Assembly: GCA_036339955.1 (NCBI GenBank)
Contig: JAYYZX010000025.1
Coordinates: forward strand, 66,631 to 130,630
Length of the DNA: 64,000 nt
Source: Bacteroidota bacterium
Lineage (GTDB): Bacteria; Bacteroidota; Bacteroidia; Flavobacteriales; BACL11
Reading direction: 5' to 3'
The first letter of the stretch is position 1. The number at the start of each line of letters is the position of its first letter. Below are positions 28,438-38,231 of this stretch, piece after piece. The notes under the pieces were generated by a model. The model made no database searches. It saw only the letters and a program-made list of their open reading frames with translations, and was not told the DNA's origin. Both the position numbers and the translations under genes were made by a program.

Positions 28438-30378
28438 ATGAAAAATATTGTTTGTACATTAATATCTTTTATTGTTTTAATAAGTGTATCAGCACAAAAA
28501 AGATGCGGAACAAAGATGTATGAACTATACTTGTACGAACAGGAATTAGAATATAAATTTGCAAGAGAACATGTTAATAAAGAAACACACACATGGATAA
28601 AAAATAACGCTACGTATCCCAGAAAATCAGTTATTACAATACCAGTTGTGGTGCATGTTGTATGGAATACTAATCAAGAGAATATATCAGATAATCAAAT
28701 AGTCTCTCAGATTGATGTTTTAAATGCAGATTACAGAAGAACAAATATTGATGCTATTAATACTCCATCTATTTGGAACTCACTAGCTGCAGATTGTGAG
28801 ATTGAATTTTGTTTAGCAAATACTGATCCGCAAGGTAATAATACTACTGGAATTACAAGAACACAAACTTCTCAAACCTCATTTTCTATTAGTAATAATA
28901 ATGTAAAATCAACTGCTAATGGAGGAAAAGATCCATGGCCACAAGATGACTATTTAAATATATGGGTTTGTGATTTAGGAAATGGACTTCTTGGTTATGC
29001 AACACCCCCATCAAGTTTTATGTCTTCATATGATGGTGTAGTTATTGGATATAGATATTTTGGTACATCAGGGACTTCTCAGTCCCCTTATAATAAAGGC
29101 AGAACTGCAACTCATGAAGTAGGTCATTGGTTAAATTTAGAGCATATATGGGGCGATAATACATGCGGTAATGATCAAGTTTCAGATACTCCAGAACAAG
29201 AAGAAGCAAATTACAGCTGCCCTTCTTTTCCTCATAATGCTAATAGTTGTGGAACCAATAATTCGAATGGAGATATGTTCATGAATTATATGGATTACAC
29301 AAATGACGCATGCATGAATGTGTTTACACAAGGACAAAAAACAAGAATGATTTCTGCAATTAACCAATACCGTTCCAATCTTTTAAATCATAATTTGTGT
29401 GGGAATACAGGACCAATCGTAAGTTTTAATTGCATAAATGGAAATTGTGTAGATCCTGGAAATGGAACAGGAACTTATTCGAATTATAATACTTGCTATA
29501 CAATATGTAATTGTACTTCTAATAATCCTCCTCTAAATGAGGATTTTCAGTCTGGAACGATTAATAGCAGCTGGTCTGTTATCAATTCTGATAACGATAA
29601 AACTTGGGAAATAATGCCAAATAATGGATTTAACAGTAGTAGCTGTATTTGGATAAATAATGGAGATTATCCGGCTAATGGGGAATATGATGACTTAGTT
29701 CTGCCAACATTAGATTTTTTATCATTATCTAATGTTAATTTATCATTCAACTACGCATATAGCTTATGGACTGATCCAAATGCATCACAGGTCTGGTCAG
29801 ATACATTACAAATATGGGTGTCAATTGATTGTGGAGCTTCATGGACTAAGTTATGGGAAAAATCTGGATTAAACTTAGTAACTACGACTCCTGTCTTTAA
29901 TGGCTTTAGCTGGTATCCAAGCGGGACAAATGATTGGTTACAAGAAACAATTAGTTTAAATCAATATTTAGCAGAAGATGATTTTGTTTTGAAATTTAGA
30001 AACATTAATGACTATGAGAATAATTTATTTTTAGATAATATTAATATATCTGCAAATGGGATTGCTAATTCGTGGGACTGTATTAATAATACATGTATAG
30101 ACCCAGGAAACGGAAATGGGGCTTACACATCTCTAGTGACATGTCAGAATGCCTGTATTAACACAAGCACATTTAATAAGAATATAACTGAAAAAATCTA
30201 CCCAAATCCTGCAAATAAAATTATTAAAGTTGATTTTATAGGTCAGAAACAAATATATAATATATTAGGAGAGCTAATGATCAGCACAGATCAAAACCAA
30301 ATAAATATAAATAATTTAAATGAAGGGATGTATATTATAAAAGTGGATGGTCAAACTCTGAAATTTATTAAAAACTAA
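28438..30378 (+). CDS. secreted M43 (pappalysin/cytophagalysin-like) zinc metalloprotease with T9SS C-terminal sorting domain
   Basis: 646 aa. Signal peptide ...SVSA|QKR. Metzincin motif HEVGHWLNLEH (nt 29113-29145). Two 4-Cys modules flank a ~185-aa domain. C-terminal ~60 aa (KIYPNPANKIIKVDF...GMYIIKVDGQTLKFIKN) looks like a T9SS type A CTD. Confidence 0.85.
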   Translation: MKNIVCTLISFIVLISVSAQKRCGTKMYELYLYEQELEYKFAREHVNKETHTWIKNNATYPRKSVITIPVVVHVVWNTNQENISDNQIVSQIDVLNADYRRTNIDAINTPSIWNSLAADCEIEFCLANTDPQGNNTTGITRTQTSQTSFSISNNNVKSTANGGKDPWPQDDYLNIWVCDLGNGLLGYATPPSSFMSSYDGVVIGYRYFGTSGTSQSPYNKGRTATHEVGHWLNLEHIWGDNTCGNDQVSDTPEQEEANYSCPSFPHNANSCGTNNSNGDMFMNYMDYTNDACMNVFTQGQKTRMISAINQYRSNLLNHNLCGNTGPIVSFNCINGNCVDPGNGTGTYSNYNTCYTICNCTSNNPPLNEDFQSGTINSSWSVINSDNDKTWEIMPNNGFNSSSCIWINNGDYPANGEYDDLVLPTLDFLSLSNVNLSFNYAYSLWTDPNASQVWSDTLQIWVSIDCGASWTKLWEKSGLNLVTTTPVFNGFSWYPSGTNDWLQETISLNQYLAEDDFVLKFRNINDYENNLFLDNINISANGIANSWDCINNTCIDPGNGNGAYTSLVTCQNACINTSTFNKNITEKIYPNPANKIIKVDFIGQKQIYNILGELMISTDQNQININNLNEGMYIIKVDGQTLKFIKN

Positions 30379-30413
30379 ATAGTTTTTATAAAAAATACTT
30401 AGTCAAAAATAAT

Positions 30414-31430
30414 TTGCATAACTTGACATTACAGAATACAAAACAATTAAAAATTATTAGTTCATGGCTATACGTTGGACTAATATTAGTAATACTCATG
30501 GTTGTAATTGGAGGTGTGACTCGAGTAACTAATTCAGGTCTTTCAATGGTTGATTGGAGGTTTATAAGTGATATGAAGCCGCCCCTTAATGAGAGTGAGT
30601 GGGTAAATATCTTTGAAAGATATAAGCAATTTCCAGAATATCAAAAAATAAATAACAGCATGGAATTAACTGATTTTAAAAGAATATTCTTTTGGGAATA
30701 TACACATCGGTTATTAGGTAGAATAATTGGACTAATATTTATTATTCCATTTTTATTTTTTTTAGCAAAAAGATGGCTTAAAAATAACTTGAAAAAGAGA
30801 TTACTAAAGCTTCTAATTCTGGGGTCTTTACAAGGGTTTTTAGGGTGGTTTATGGTGAAAAGCGGTTTGATAGATACTCCTAAAGTAAGTCATTTCAGAT
30901 TAGCAATGCATTTAGGAGTTGCTTATTTAATTATAGGATATATATATTGGATAATTTTAAATATTTCTAAGCAACAGAAAATCTGCAATTCAACCATAAA
31001 TCATTTATTAAAATTATTTGTTTACATTCTAACAATACAAATTATATATGGGGCATTTGTAGCAGGAACAGATGCTGGATTCCTAAAATCTTCCCATGAG
31101 ATAAATACTATATATGGTTATTTTAATCCAGATAATATGAGGGATTTTAATCTATTAAGTAATCCGTATAATATACAGTTTATACATAGGACCTTGGGTT
31201 GGTTTATTGCTATATTTGGAATATTAATATTTATTAAAACAAAAAAAACAAAATATCAAAAAACAGGATCTGTAATATTCTTTCTAATTATTTTACAAGT
31301 TACATTAGGAGTAATATCTATATTATATTCTATGCCTAATACCATCAGAATCCTACATCAATTTATTCCAATAATTATTTTACTTCTTAGCTTGAATATT
31401 ATTTATCTTTCCAGTCAAAACTCTCAATAA
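30414..31430 (+). CDS. ctaA: COX15/CtaA family heme A synthase
   Basis: 338 aa; 8-TM protein with conserved His residues (YTHRLLG, FIHRTLG). TTG start in the ORF track; exact start uncertain. Confidence 0.8.
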   Translation: MHNLTLQNTKQLKIISSWLYVGLILVILMVVIGGVTRVTNSGLSMVDWRFISDMKPPLNESEWVNIFERYKQFPEYQKINNSMELTDFKRIFFWEYTHRLLGRIIGLIFIIPFLFFLAKRWLKNNLKKRLLKLLILGSLQGFLGWFMVKSGLIDTPKVSHFRLAMHLGVAYLIIGYIYWIILNISKQQKICNSTINHLLKLFVYILTIQIIYGAFVAGTDAGFLKSSHEINTIYGYFNPDNMRDFNLLSNPYNIQFIHRTLGWFIAIFGILIFIKTKKTKYQKTGSVIFFLIILQVTLGVISILYSMPNTIRILHQFIPIIILLLSLNIIYLSSQNSQ

Positions 31431-31947
31431 AGATTCTAATATCTTGTTTTAGAAAATTATTAATAGGAAGTATAGAGTCATTTACTTCTGTATTAAAATA
31501 AAGTGCTCCTCGAAAAAAATGATGAATACTATCTGTTAAATAAAACTGAGCTGCTGTAGCTGTTAACCCATCATAATCATATAACATTCCAAAAACATTT
31601 TTATCATTATGAACAAAAACCTCTTCAGATATCATATTTGCTTTAATATTATGTTTATATGCTAAATTTCTGCTTTGTTCAATATGACTATATAAATTAT
31701 TACTTAAAGGAAGATAAGTGATATGTAGCTTTGCATTAAAACTTAAGAAATTAATATTAAGCATACATGATTCTAATTCTTCGACAATAGAATATGTAGG
31801 ATACGAAAAAGAAAACGGACAATCTGATTTATATTCAATATAAGTTTTTTTTGGGAGATCTAACTTAAAATATCCCTTAGGTTTAGGGGTATAGTCTGAA
31901 TTACAACTTAATGCAAATATCAATAATATAGAGAAAAACTTTTTCAT
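31399..31947 (-). CDS. gldD: gliding motility lipoprotein GldD
   Basis: 182 aa; lipoprotein signal MKKFFSILLIFALSC. Lies directly downstream of gldE, as in F. johnsoniae. Confidence 0.75.
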   Translation of the reverse strand: MKKFFSILLIFALSCNSDYTPKPKGYFKLDLPKKTYIEYKSDCPFSFSYPTYSIVEELESCMLNINFLSFNAKLHITYLPLSNNLYSHIEQSRNLAYKHNIKANMISEEVFVHNDKNVFGMLYDYDGLTATAAQFYLTDSIHHFFRGALYFNTEVNDSILPINNFLKQDIRIFIESFDWKDK

Positions 31948-31950
31948 GGC

Positions 31951-33264
31951 TCATCTTATAGTGACTTTTACCCATTTTATACGCCTACGATCAGCAGATT
32001 CAATCTTAAAAGTATAAGGTTTATGAGTAACTGTAATGCCAATTTTAGGAATCTCTCCTTTTATCTCTAATATAAATCCAGCTAAAGTGTCTGCTTCTCC
32101 TTTTATATCATCAAAATAATCTGGCTCTCCTTTTACTATTTTTAAAAAATCTATTAAAGGAATTTTACCTTCAAAAATAAAATTACTATTATCTAGTTTA
32201 GAATATACATTTTCCTCATCATCAAACTCATCGTTGATCTCACCTACAATTTCTTCTAGAACATCTTCAAGGGTTACTATACCGGATGCTCCTCCATATT
32301 CGTCAACAACTATAGCAATATGATTCTTTTTAACCTGGAATTCTTTTAACAAATCATTTATCATTTTATTCTCAGGTATAAAATATGGTGCTCGACAAAA
32401 TTTTATCCATTCAAAATCATCTCCTTTATTTAAATATGGTATCAAATCTTTTATATATAATATACCAAGAACATTGTCAAATTGTTGACGATAAACAGGG
32501 ATACGAGAAAAGCCTGAGCTTATAATAAGTTTTAAAACATTAGAAAAGAGCTCTTTTTCCTCAATAGCAATAACATCAACTCTAGATTTCATAATTTCTT
32601 TTACATCAGTATTCCCAAACTCTAATATACTCCGTAAAATCCTCTTTTCTTCTTCTCTACTCTCTTTACCTGCTAAGTCTAATGCCTTAGAAATTTCTTC
32701 TATAGAGGCGTGCTCTCTCTTCTTTTTTAACCGATTGTCAATGATTGATGTGCTTTTTACTAGTAAATATGCAAGAGGAAATACAAGCTTTTTTAGTATA
32801 GTTAAAGGTCTTGCCATCCAATTACTAAAACGTAATGCATGTTGATGAGCATACACTTTTGGAGTAATTTCTCCTATAAGAACTAATATTCCTGTTATAA
32901 CAAATACTTGAAATAAAAATTCTAAAGAAGATCCCTCTTCAAAAGTCATACTAACTTCTGTAAAAAATGCTGCCAAAATAATAATTCCGACATTCACAAA
33001 ATTATTAACAATTAAGATTGTTGCTAAAAGCTCATTGGGCTTACTCAATAATTTCAAGACAAGTAATCCTTTGTCTTTTTTGTTTGGGATATCTAAATCT
33101 GTTCGACTTAATGAAAAATAAGCTACTTCAGAACCAGAAATAAGAGCTGAGAAAACAAGAAGTATTAATATCAATGTAGCAGAAACAAATGATTCTACAT
33201 TAAGAAAATGAAAATCAACTTGGTTAATAATACTTAAGGATGCAAGGAGGGGGTCGTCTTCCAA
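31951..33264 (-). CDS. gldE: gliding motility-associated protein GldE (CNNM/HlyC-CorC family: DUF21 TM domain, CBS pair, CorC_HlyC)
   Basis: 437 aa; 4-TM N-terminal domain, CBS pair, C-terminal transporter-associated domain. TTG is the only start available in the ORF. mutY-ssb-gldE-gldD synteny. Confidence 0.8.
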   Translation of the reverse strand: MEDDPLLASLSIINQVDFHFLNVESFVSATLILILLVFSALISGSEVAYFSLSRTDLDIPNKKDKGLLVLKLLSKPNELLATILIVNNFVNVGIIILAAFFTEVSMTFEEGSSLEFLFQVFVITGILVLIGEITPKVYAHQHALRFSNWMARPLTILKKLVFPLAYLLVKSTSIIDNRLKKKREHASIEEISKALDLAGKESREEEKRILRSILEFGNTDVKEIMKSRVDVIAIEEKELFSNVLKLIISSGFSRIPVYRQQFDNVLGILYIKDLIPYLNKGDDFEWIKFCRAPYFIPENKMINDLLKEFQVKKNHIAIVVDEYGGASGIVTLEDVLEEIVGEINDEFDDEENVYSKLDNSNFIFEGKIPLIDFLKIVKGEPDYFDDIKGEADTLAGFILEIKGEIPKIGITVTHKPYTFKIESADRRRIKWVKVTIR

Positions 33265-33273
33265 TGGCGTAAA

Positions 33274-33738
33274 TTAAAAAGGTAAATCGTCAGTATTATC
33301 TTTGTTAGCCAAATCTTGATCTGGAACTGCATCAGAATTAGTTAAAGAAGAGACATTTTCAGGATTATCTTTTATTGCATCTTCGGAAGAAGAGGTTTTA
33401 TCACTAGGTCTGCTACCTAACATAGTCATGTTATTTGCAAGTATCTCCGTTCTGTATCTATTATTTCCTTCTTTATCTTCCCATTTCCTAGTTCTTATTT
33501 TCCCTTCAATATAAACACTAGAACCCTTTTTTAAGTATTTTTCCGCTATCTCTGCTAAACCACGCCACAAAACAATGTCATGCCATTCTGTCTGACTAAC
33601 TCTTTCTCCTTCTTTATTTTTATAATTCTCAGTAGTAGCTAACGTAATATTTGCTACAGCAACTCCATTGTCTAAATAACGAACTTCTGGATCCTTTCCT
33701 AAATTACCTATTAATATAACTTTGTTAATACCAGCCAT
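33274..33738 (-). CDS. ssb: single-stranded DNA-binding protein
   Basis: 154 aa; OB-fold N-terminus [18 protein letters not shown]; acidic C-terminal tip DDLPF. Confidence 0.95.
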   Translation of the reverse strand: MAGINKVILIGNLGKDPEVRYLDNGVAVANITLATTENYKNKEGERVSQTEWHDIVLWRGLAEIAEKYLKKGSSVYIEGKIRTRKWEDKEGNNRYRTEILANNMTMLGSRPSDKTSSSEDAIKDNPENVSSLTNSDAVPDQDLANKDNTDDLPF

Positions 33739-33771
33739 AATACTATCTTTAAATGATATAGAACAAATATA

Positions 33772-34827
33772 TTAATTTTTAGATCCTAAACCAACTGTTG
33801 AAATATATTTATCTATTAATATCGAAACTGGATATTTAGGGAAATCATTAAAAGAGACTAACTTATAATTTTTTAATAATAAATTTTGTGTATTCATATG
33901 CCAAAAACGTACATATAGCCTCTGATGTGATAATTTATGTATTATCTCTCTAGAAATCTTTTCTATTGAAAAAGAATCTGAGTTAATAAACATTTCGCTC
34001 CAATCTAATGAATTAATAATCTTTCTTTTAGATAAAGGGCTCTGAAATTCTAAAAAAGGGAACTCATACAATCCTTTCCAAATTCCTGAACTTATTTTCC
34101 CAATATATATTTTCTTTCTCTGCTTAATTATAAAGAAATTCAAATATCTGTTTTTAATTTTAATTTTATGTTTCTTTCTAGGGTAATAATCTACTTTGTG
34201 TTCTAAATATCCCTTACAATCAGATTTTAAAATACAATTAAAACAATTTGGGGATTTAGGTTTACACTGTAATGCTCCAAATTCCATAATAGCTTGATTA
34301 TAATCTGAAGAATTCTCTTTGGTTAGTAAATGATTAGCCATTTCTTTAAAAATATGCTTTCCATCTAAGGTGTCATATTCTGTTGCTATTCCAAAATACC
34401 TGCTTAATACTCGAATAACATTTCCATCAACTACCGCATAAGGAAGAGAAAAAGCAAAAGAAGAAATTGCAGCAGCTGTATATTCTCCAACACCCTTAAG
34501 TTTTATAATTTGATCATATTTACTAGGAAATATGCTATTCATTTCGTTTTGTATTGTCTTGGCTGTATGTAATAAATTTCGTGCTCTACTATAATAGCCT
34601 AACCCCTGCCATAATTTTAAAACCCTATCTTCATTTGCATTTGCTAAATCTTCTATTGTAGGAAAGTTATTAATGAACTCTATATAATAAGGAAGGCCTT
34701 GCTCTACTTTTGTTTGTTGAAGTATAACTTCTGAAAGCCAGATTTTATATGGATCTTTAGTTTTACGCCAAGGGAGATCCCTTTTGTTCTGTCCATACCA
34801 TGATAATATTTGAGTAGAAAACTCCAT
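33772..34827 (-). CDS. mutY: A/G-specific adenine DNA glycosylase MutY
   Basis: 351 aa; HhH-GPD domain, 4Fe-4S cluster loop CKPKSPNCFNCILKSDC, C-terminal NUDIX-like domain. Confidence 0.9.
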   Translation of the reverse strand: MEFSTQILSWYGQNKRDLPWRKTKDPYKIWLSEVILQQTKVEQGLPYYIEFINNFPTIEDLANANEDRVLKLWQGLGYYSRARNLLHTAKTIQNEMNSIFPSKYDQIIKLKGVGEYTAAAISSFAFSLPYAVVDGNVIRVLSRYFGIATEYDTLDGKHIFKEMANHLLTKENSSDYNQAIMEFGALQCKPKSPNCFNCILKSDCKGYLEHKVDYYPRKKHKIKIKNRYLNFFIIKQRKKIYIGKISSGIWKGLYEFPFLEFQSPLSKRKIINSLDWSEMFINSDSFSIEKISREIIHKLSHQRLYVRFWHMNTQNLLLKNYKLVSFNDFPKYPVSILIDKYISTVGLGSKN

Positions 34828-34890
34828 TAATTAATAAATTTACTTGGGAATTAATATATATTTATAAAATTCTTCCTTGTTTTTTTTTAA

Positions 34891-34898
34891 TATCTTTG
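34891..34898 (+). promoter_or_regulatory. -7 box TATCTTTG upstream of the HU gene
   Basis: TATCTTTG at 34891-34898, 41 nt before the ATG at 34940. Confidence 0.35.
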
Positions 34899-34939
34899 AA
34901 TTTCAAAATTAATGAAGATAAAAGAAAAAAACTAAGAAT

Positions 34940-35224
34940 ATGACAAAAGCAGAATTAGTTAATAAAATAGCTATGAATACCGGTGTCGAAAAAGTAACAA
35001 CTTCAGCAGTAATAGAAGATTTAATGAATGAGATCAAGTCTGCTCTTGTTCAAAATGAATCTGTTTTTCTAAGAGGTTTTGGAACATTCAAAGCAAAAAA
35101 AAGAGCAAAAAAAACAGGAAGAAATATTAAAAAAAATGTAACTATCATAATTCCAGAACATTATATTCCAGCATTTAAACCTTCAAAAAAATTTGTGAAA
35201 GAAGTGAAAAATAATTTAGCCTAA
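34940..35224 (+). CDS. hup: HU family DNA-binding protein
   Basis: 94 aa; MTKAELVNKIA... N-terminus and beta-arm (RGFGTFKAKKRAKKTGRN). Confidence 0.9.
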   Translation: MTKAELVNKIAMNTGVEKVTTSAVIEDLMNEIKSALVQNESVFLRGFGTFKAKKRAKKTGRNIKKNVTIIIPEHYIPAFKPSKKFVKEVKNNLA

Positions 35225-35251
35225 AAATTTTAGGCTCTTAAAAAAAGAAAG

Positions 35252-35338
35252 ATGTCAGATAAAAAGAAGAAAAGAACAAAAATTGCTACTCATAAGCGTA
35301 AAAAAAGATCAAGAAAGAATAGACATAAAAACAAATAA
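35252..35338 (+). CDS. 28-aa Arg/Lys-rich small protein, probable ribosomal protein bS22 family (AURKAIP1/COX24-like)
   Basis: Not in ORF track (too short). ATG 35252 to TAA 35336-35338 translates to MSDKKKKRTKIATHKRKKRSRKNRHKNK. The ATHKRKKR..NRHK core resembles, from memory, the small basic bS22-type proteins annotated in Bacteroidota and Actinobacteria. It sits between HU and rng in a 153-nt gap that would otherwise be empty. Confidence 0.5.
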   Translation: MSDKKKKRTKIATHKRKKRSRKNRHKNK

Positions 35339-35377
35339 CTTTTAGACTGTAGTCTTAAACCGCGAAAAATAAAGCCC

Positions 35378-36910
35378 ATGAAATTCGACCTTATAATCGA
35401 TTCAAGGCCATCTGAAGTAGTAATCGCGCTTTTGCAAGATGATCTTCTTGTAGAAGTGCATAAAGAAAAACACGAAAAAAGTTATTCAGTTGGCGATATA
35501 TATCTAGGAAAAGTAAAACGTCTTGTTCCTGGATTAAATGCATCATTTGTTGATATTGGAGATGAAAAAGATGGTTTCTTACATTATTTAGATTTAGGAT
35601 CTCAATGCAATTCTCTCAAGAAATTCTTGCAAAAAAATTTAACGAAAAAACTAAATACTGCTTCGTTAAAGAATTTCAAAAAAGAAAAAGATATAGATAA
35701 AGATGGTGTGATTAAAAATGTCTTAGCAAATCATGACAAGATACTAGTTCAAATATCAAAAGAAGCAATATCTACAAAAGGCCCTAGATTAACTACTGAA
35801 ATATCTCTGGCCGGAAGATATATGGTTCTGTTACCATTTTCAGATAAAGTATCCATTTCACAAAAAATTGCAGGAAAAGAAGAGAAAAATCGATTAAAAA
35901 AATTAATAAGGAGTATCAAACCTCATGGATTTGGCGTAATTGTAAGAACTGTTGCTGAAAAAAGAAAAGTTGCTGAATTAGATAGAGATTTAAAAAATCT
36001 TTATAAAAAATGGCAAACGATATACAAAAAAAGCAAAACTGTAAAACCTGGAGAAATTGTGCTAGGAGAGCTAAGTCGTACCTCAACAATTCTTAGAGAT
36101 TTATTAAGCTCTAAGTTTAACAAGATTTATGTAAATAATATTGATTTATGTACTGAGTTAAAAGATTACCTTTCTGGTATTTCTCCAGAACAGGAGAAAA
36201 TTGTAAGCTATTACAAAAATAAAGAACCTATATTTCAGAAATTTCATGTTACCAAGCAAATCAAGGGTTCTTTTGGGAAAACTGTAACTATGAAAAACGG
36301 AGTCTATTTAGTTATTGAACATACAGAAGCTTTACATGTAATAGATGTCAATAGCGGGAAAAAAGTAGATGCAAAAAAAGATCAAGAAGCGAATTCTCTT
36401 CTAGTAAACCTTGATGCTGCAAAAGAAATTTGCAGACAACTTCGCCTTAGAGACATGGGGGGTATTATTGTAGTAGATTTTATAGATATGCAAAAAGAGA
36501 AAAATCGCAAACATTTATTTAATGAGATGTTAAAAATGATGAGTTCTGATAAAGCTAAGCATCATATCCTCCCTCCAACAAAATTTGGGTTAGTACAAAT
36601 AACTAGACAACGAGTAAGACCAGAAATGCATATTGATACATTAGAAAAATGTCCTATGTGTTCAGGGCATGGGAAAATTGATTCAAGCCTATTATTAATC
36701 GATCAGATTGAACATAAAATTGAAGCGTTATCTAAAGTTCAAAAGAAATCAATAAATATTGCTACACATCCATTTGTTGCAAGCCATATAAACAAAGGGT
36801 GGTTATTTAATTCTATAAGACATAGATGGGAAAGAAAATTCTCAAGAACAATCTCTATAAAAGGAGATGAAAGATTACATCTTTTGCAATATAGTGTCTT
36901 GAAAAACTAA
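35378..36910 (+). CDS. rng: ribonuclease E/G family protein (Rng/CafA-like)
   Basis: 510 aa; N-terminal S1 domain (GDIYLGKVKRLVPGLNASFVDIG); catalytic core with DVNSGK and VVDFIDM motifs. Confidence 0.85.
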   Translation: MKFDLIIDSRPSEVVIALLQDDLLVEVHKEKHEKSYSVGDIYLGKVKRLVPGLNASFVDIGDEKDGFLHYLDLGSQCNSLKKFLQKNLTKKLNTASLKNFKKEKDIDKDGVIKNVLANHDKILVQISKEAISTKGPRLTTEISLAGRYMVLLPFSDKVSISQKIAGKEEKNRLKKLIRSIKPHGFGVIVRTVAEKRKVAELDRDLKNLYKKWQTIYKKSKTVKPGEIVLGELSRTSTILRDLLSSKFNKIYVNNIDLCTELKDYLSGISPEQEKIVSYYKNKEPIFQKFHVTKQIKGSFGKTVTMKNGVYLVIEHTEALHVIDVNSGKKVDAKKDQEANSLLVNLDAAKEICRQLRLRDMGGIIVVDFIDMQKEKNRKHLFNEMLKMMSSDKAKHHILPPTKFGLVQITRQRVRPEMHIDTLEKCPMCSGHGKIDSSLLLIDQIEHKIEALSKVQKKSINIATHPFVASHINKGWLFNSIRHRWERKFSRTISIKGDERLHLLQYSVLKN

Positions 36911-38211
36911 GTAATTTTATCTAAATAAACTGTCTTTTTATAGTTTATTATAATTGGGAATAATGCTATAATGATCAATCCTACTCCTACTAGATATCCC
37001 AGTTTAATATTGTCTCCAATAGTAAAAAATGGAAATGTAAAAAGCCCTATTAAAAACATACGAACTATTATATTTAAAGAATTAAATACTGAATTAGTTC
37101 TTCCAATTACATGATTTGGGACATGATTAAAAATATAGGTTGTTCGCAAGACACGAACACCAGCATTTGTAACCCCAAGAATTAAATTAGCAATAAAAAA
37201 TATTACTACTGACTTATAAAACGCCATTGCTAGGAAGGCGCATGCAGAAAAAATCATAAGGGATATAACTCCTAATACAGTGTTGTACTTACGAAATAAT
37301 CGAATAATAAAAACTCCAGCAATAATTGCTCCAAAAGAATAATATACTTCAGCGGCAGCATATATCTCTCCTCCTTCTTCTAAAAAATTACGAACATATG
37401 ATGGAAGCAAAACATGTAGCTCTACCAAAAGAAATGCAAAGAGCATATAAGATGCTAATCCAAATATGAAAATCAATTTATTATTACTTAAATATTCAAT
37501 CCCACCCTTAAATCTTCTCCAAACTGTACCTGTCTGTATATATTTCTTTTTTACAGGATTGTATTTAATAAATATGATTATTAAAATGCCAATAAAATAA
37601 GTAATTGCATCCATTAAAAAAATCTCGTGAATATCCCATGCTTCTATATCAAAAGGCAAAGTAATATTAAAGCCAATTAAATTTATCATCTGGTTCTTAG
37701 TTCCTGTCAAAAGAAGTGCTGCAAAAGCGCCTGCAAGAACGCTTGTAGTTTGCCCTTGTATTTCGATATAAGAGTTTAATTTTCCATAGTATTTTTTTTC
37801 TGTGATTTCTTGTCCAAAGGCATATAAATTAGGATAATGGACATTGTAATTAAAAATAGTTAATCCAAATACAAATACTACAAGAAAATCTTTAACCTCT
37901 GAAGTATAAAAGCCCGAAAGAGCAATAAATCCAATAATAGTACCGCAAATTAAGTTGGTGATAATAAATATCCTTTTTCTAGAATATCTATCTATTAATG
38001 TCCCTGCATATAATCCCCAAAAAAGAATTAAAAATGTAATAATAATATATGAAACACTAAATACACTAGGACGATTTACTATTTCAACAAAATACCATGG
38101 AATTGCAATCATACTAATTCCTTGTGCAAATCCAGAAATAATATTTGAAAGAAAGAGCAAATAAATTGCCTGTTTATTCTTCATGCCTACAAAAGTAATA
38201 TTAAAAGACAT
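36907..38211 (-). CDS. MFS transporter
   Basis: 434 aa; 12 predicted TM segments. An alternative ATG at 38184 (MKNKQAIYLL...) is favoured by a -7 box at 38190-38197 that lies inside the longer ORF. Confidence 0.8.
   Translation of the reverse strand: MSFNITFVGMKNKQAIYLLFLSNIISGFAQGISMIAIPWYFVEIVNRPSVFSVSYIIITFLILFWGLYAGTLIDRYSRKRIFIITNLICGTIIGFIALSGFYTSEVKDFLVVFVFGLTIFNYNVHYPNLYAFGQEITEKKYYGKLNSYIEIQGQTTSVLAGAFAALLLTGTKNQMINLIGFNITLPFDIEAWDIHEIFLMDAITYFIGILIIIFIKYNPVKKKYIQTGTVWRRFKGGIEYLSNNKLIFIFGLASYMLFAFLLVELHVLLPSYVRNFLEEGGEIYAAAEVYYSFGAIIAGVFIIRLFRKYNTVLGVISLMIFSACAFLAMAFYKSVVIFFIANLILGVTNAGVRVLRTTYIFNHVPNHVIGRTNSVFNSLNIIVRMFLIGLFTFPFFTIGDNIKLGYLVGVGLIIIALFPIIINYKKTVYLDKIT
38190..38197 (-). 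promoter_or_regulatory. -7 box TACTTTTG for the MFS transporter gene
   Basis: Plus strand CAAAAGTA at 38190-38197. The final G is 6 nt from the ATG at 38184, which predicts a leaderless mRNA. Confidence 0.35.
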
Positions 38212-38218
38212 AAATAAG

Positions 38219-38226
38219 TACTTTTG
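38219..38226 (+). promoter_or_regulatory. -7 box TACTTTTG for recX
   Basis: TACTTTTG at 38219-38226. The final G is 6 nt from the recX ATG at 38232, which predicts a leaderless mRNA. Confidence 0.35.
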
Positions 38227-38231
38227 ATGAT

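Noticed and set aside
28383-28592. 69-aa minus-strand ORF across the metalloprotease promoter and start.
   Set aside because: It is antisense to the signal-peptide region of a well-supported gene and runs through the predicted -7 box. Its composition is implausible (Cys/Ile-rich shadow).
31399-31430. Convergent 3'-end overlaps: ctaA/gldD 32 nt, hypothetical/lnt 14 nt at 14458-14471, dehydrogenase/aspartate kinase 19 nt at 55872-55890, arsC-family/small ORF 4 nt at 40152-40155.
   Set aside because: They are consistent with general genome compaction. No conserved structure or regulatory element is evident in the overlaps, so they are not reported as findings.
35218-35236. Hairpin AGCCTAAAA-A-TTTTAGGCT overlapping the HU stop codon, as a possible terminator.
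   Set aside because: The stem is mostly A:T with a near-zero loop, and it is followed by CTTAAAAAAAG rather than a T-run. It is not convincing as an intrinsic terminator, though it may still be a weak attenuator before the bS22-like ORF.
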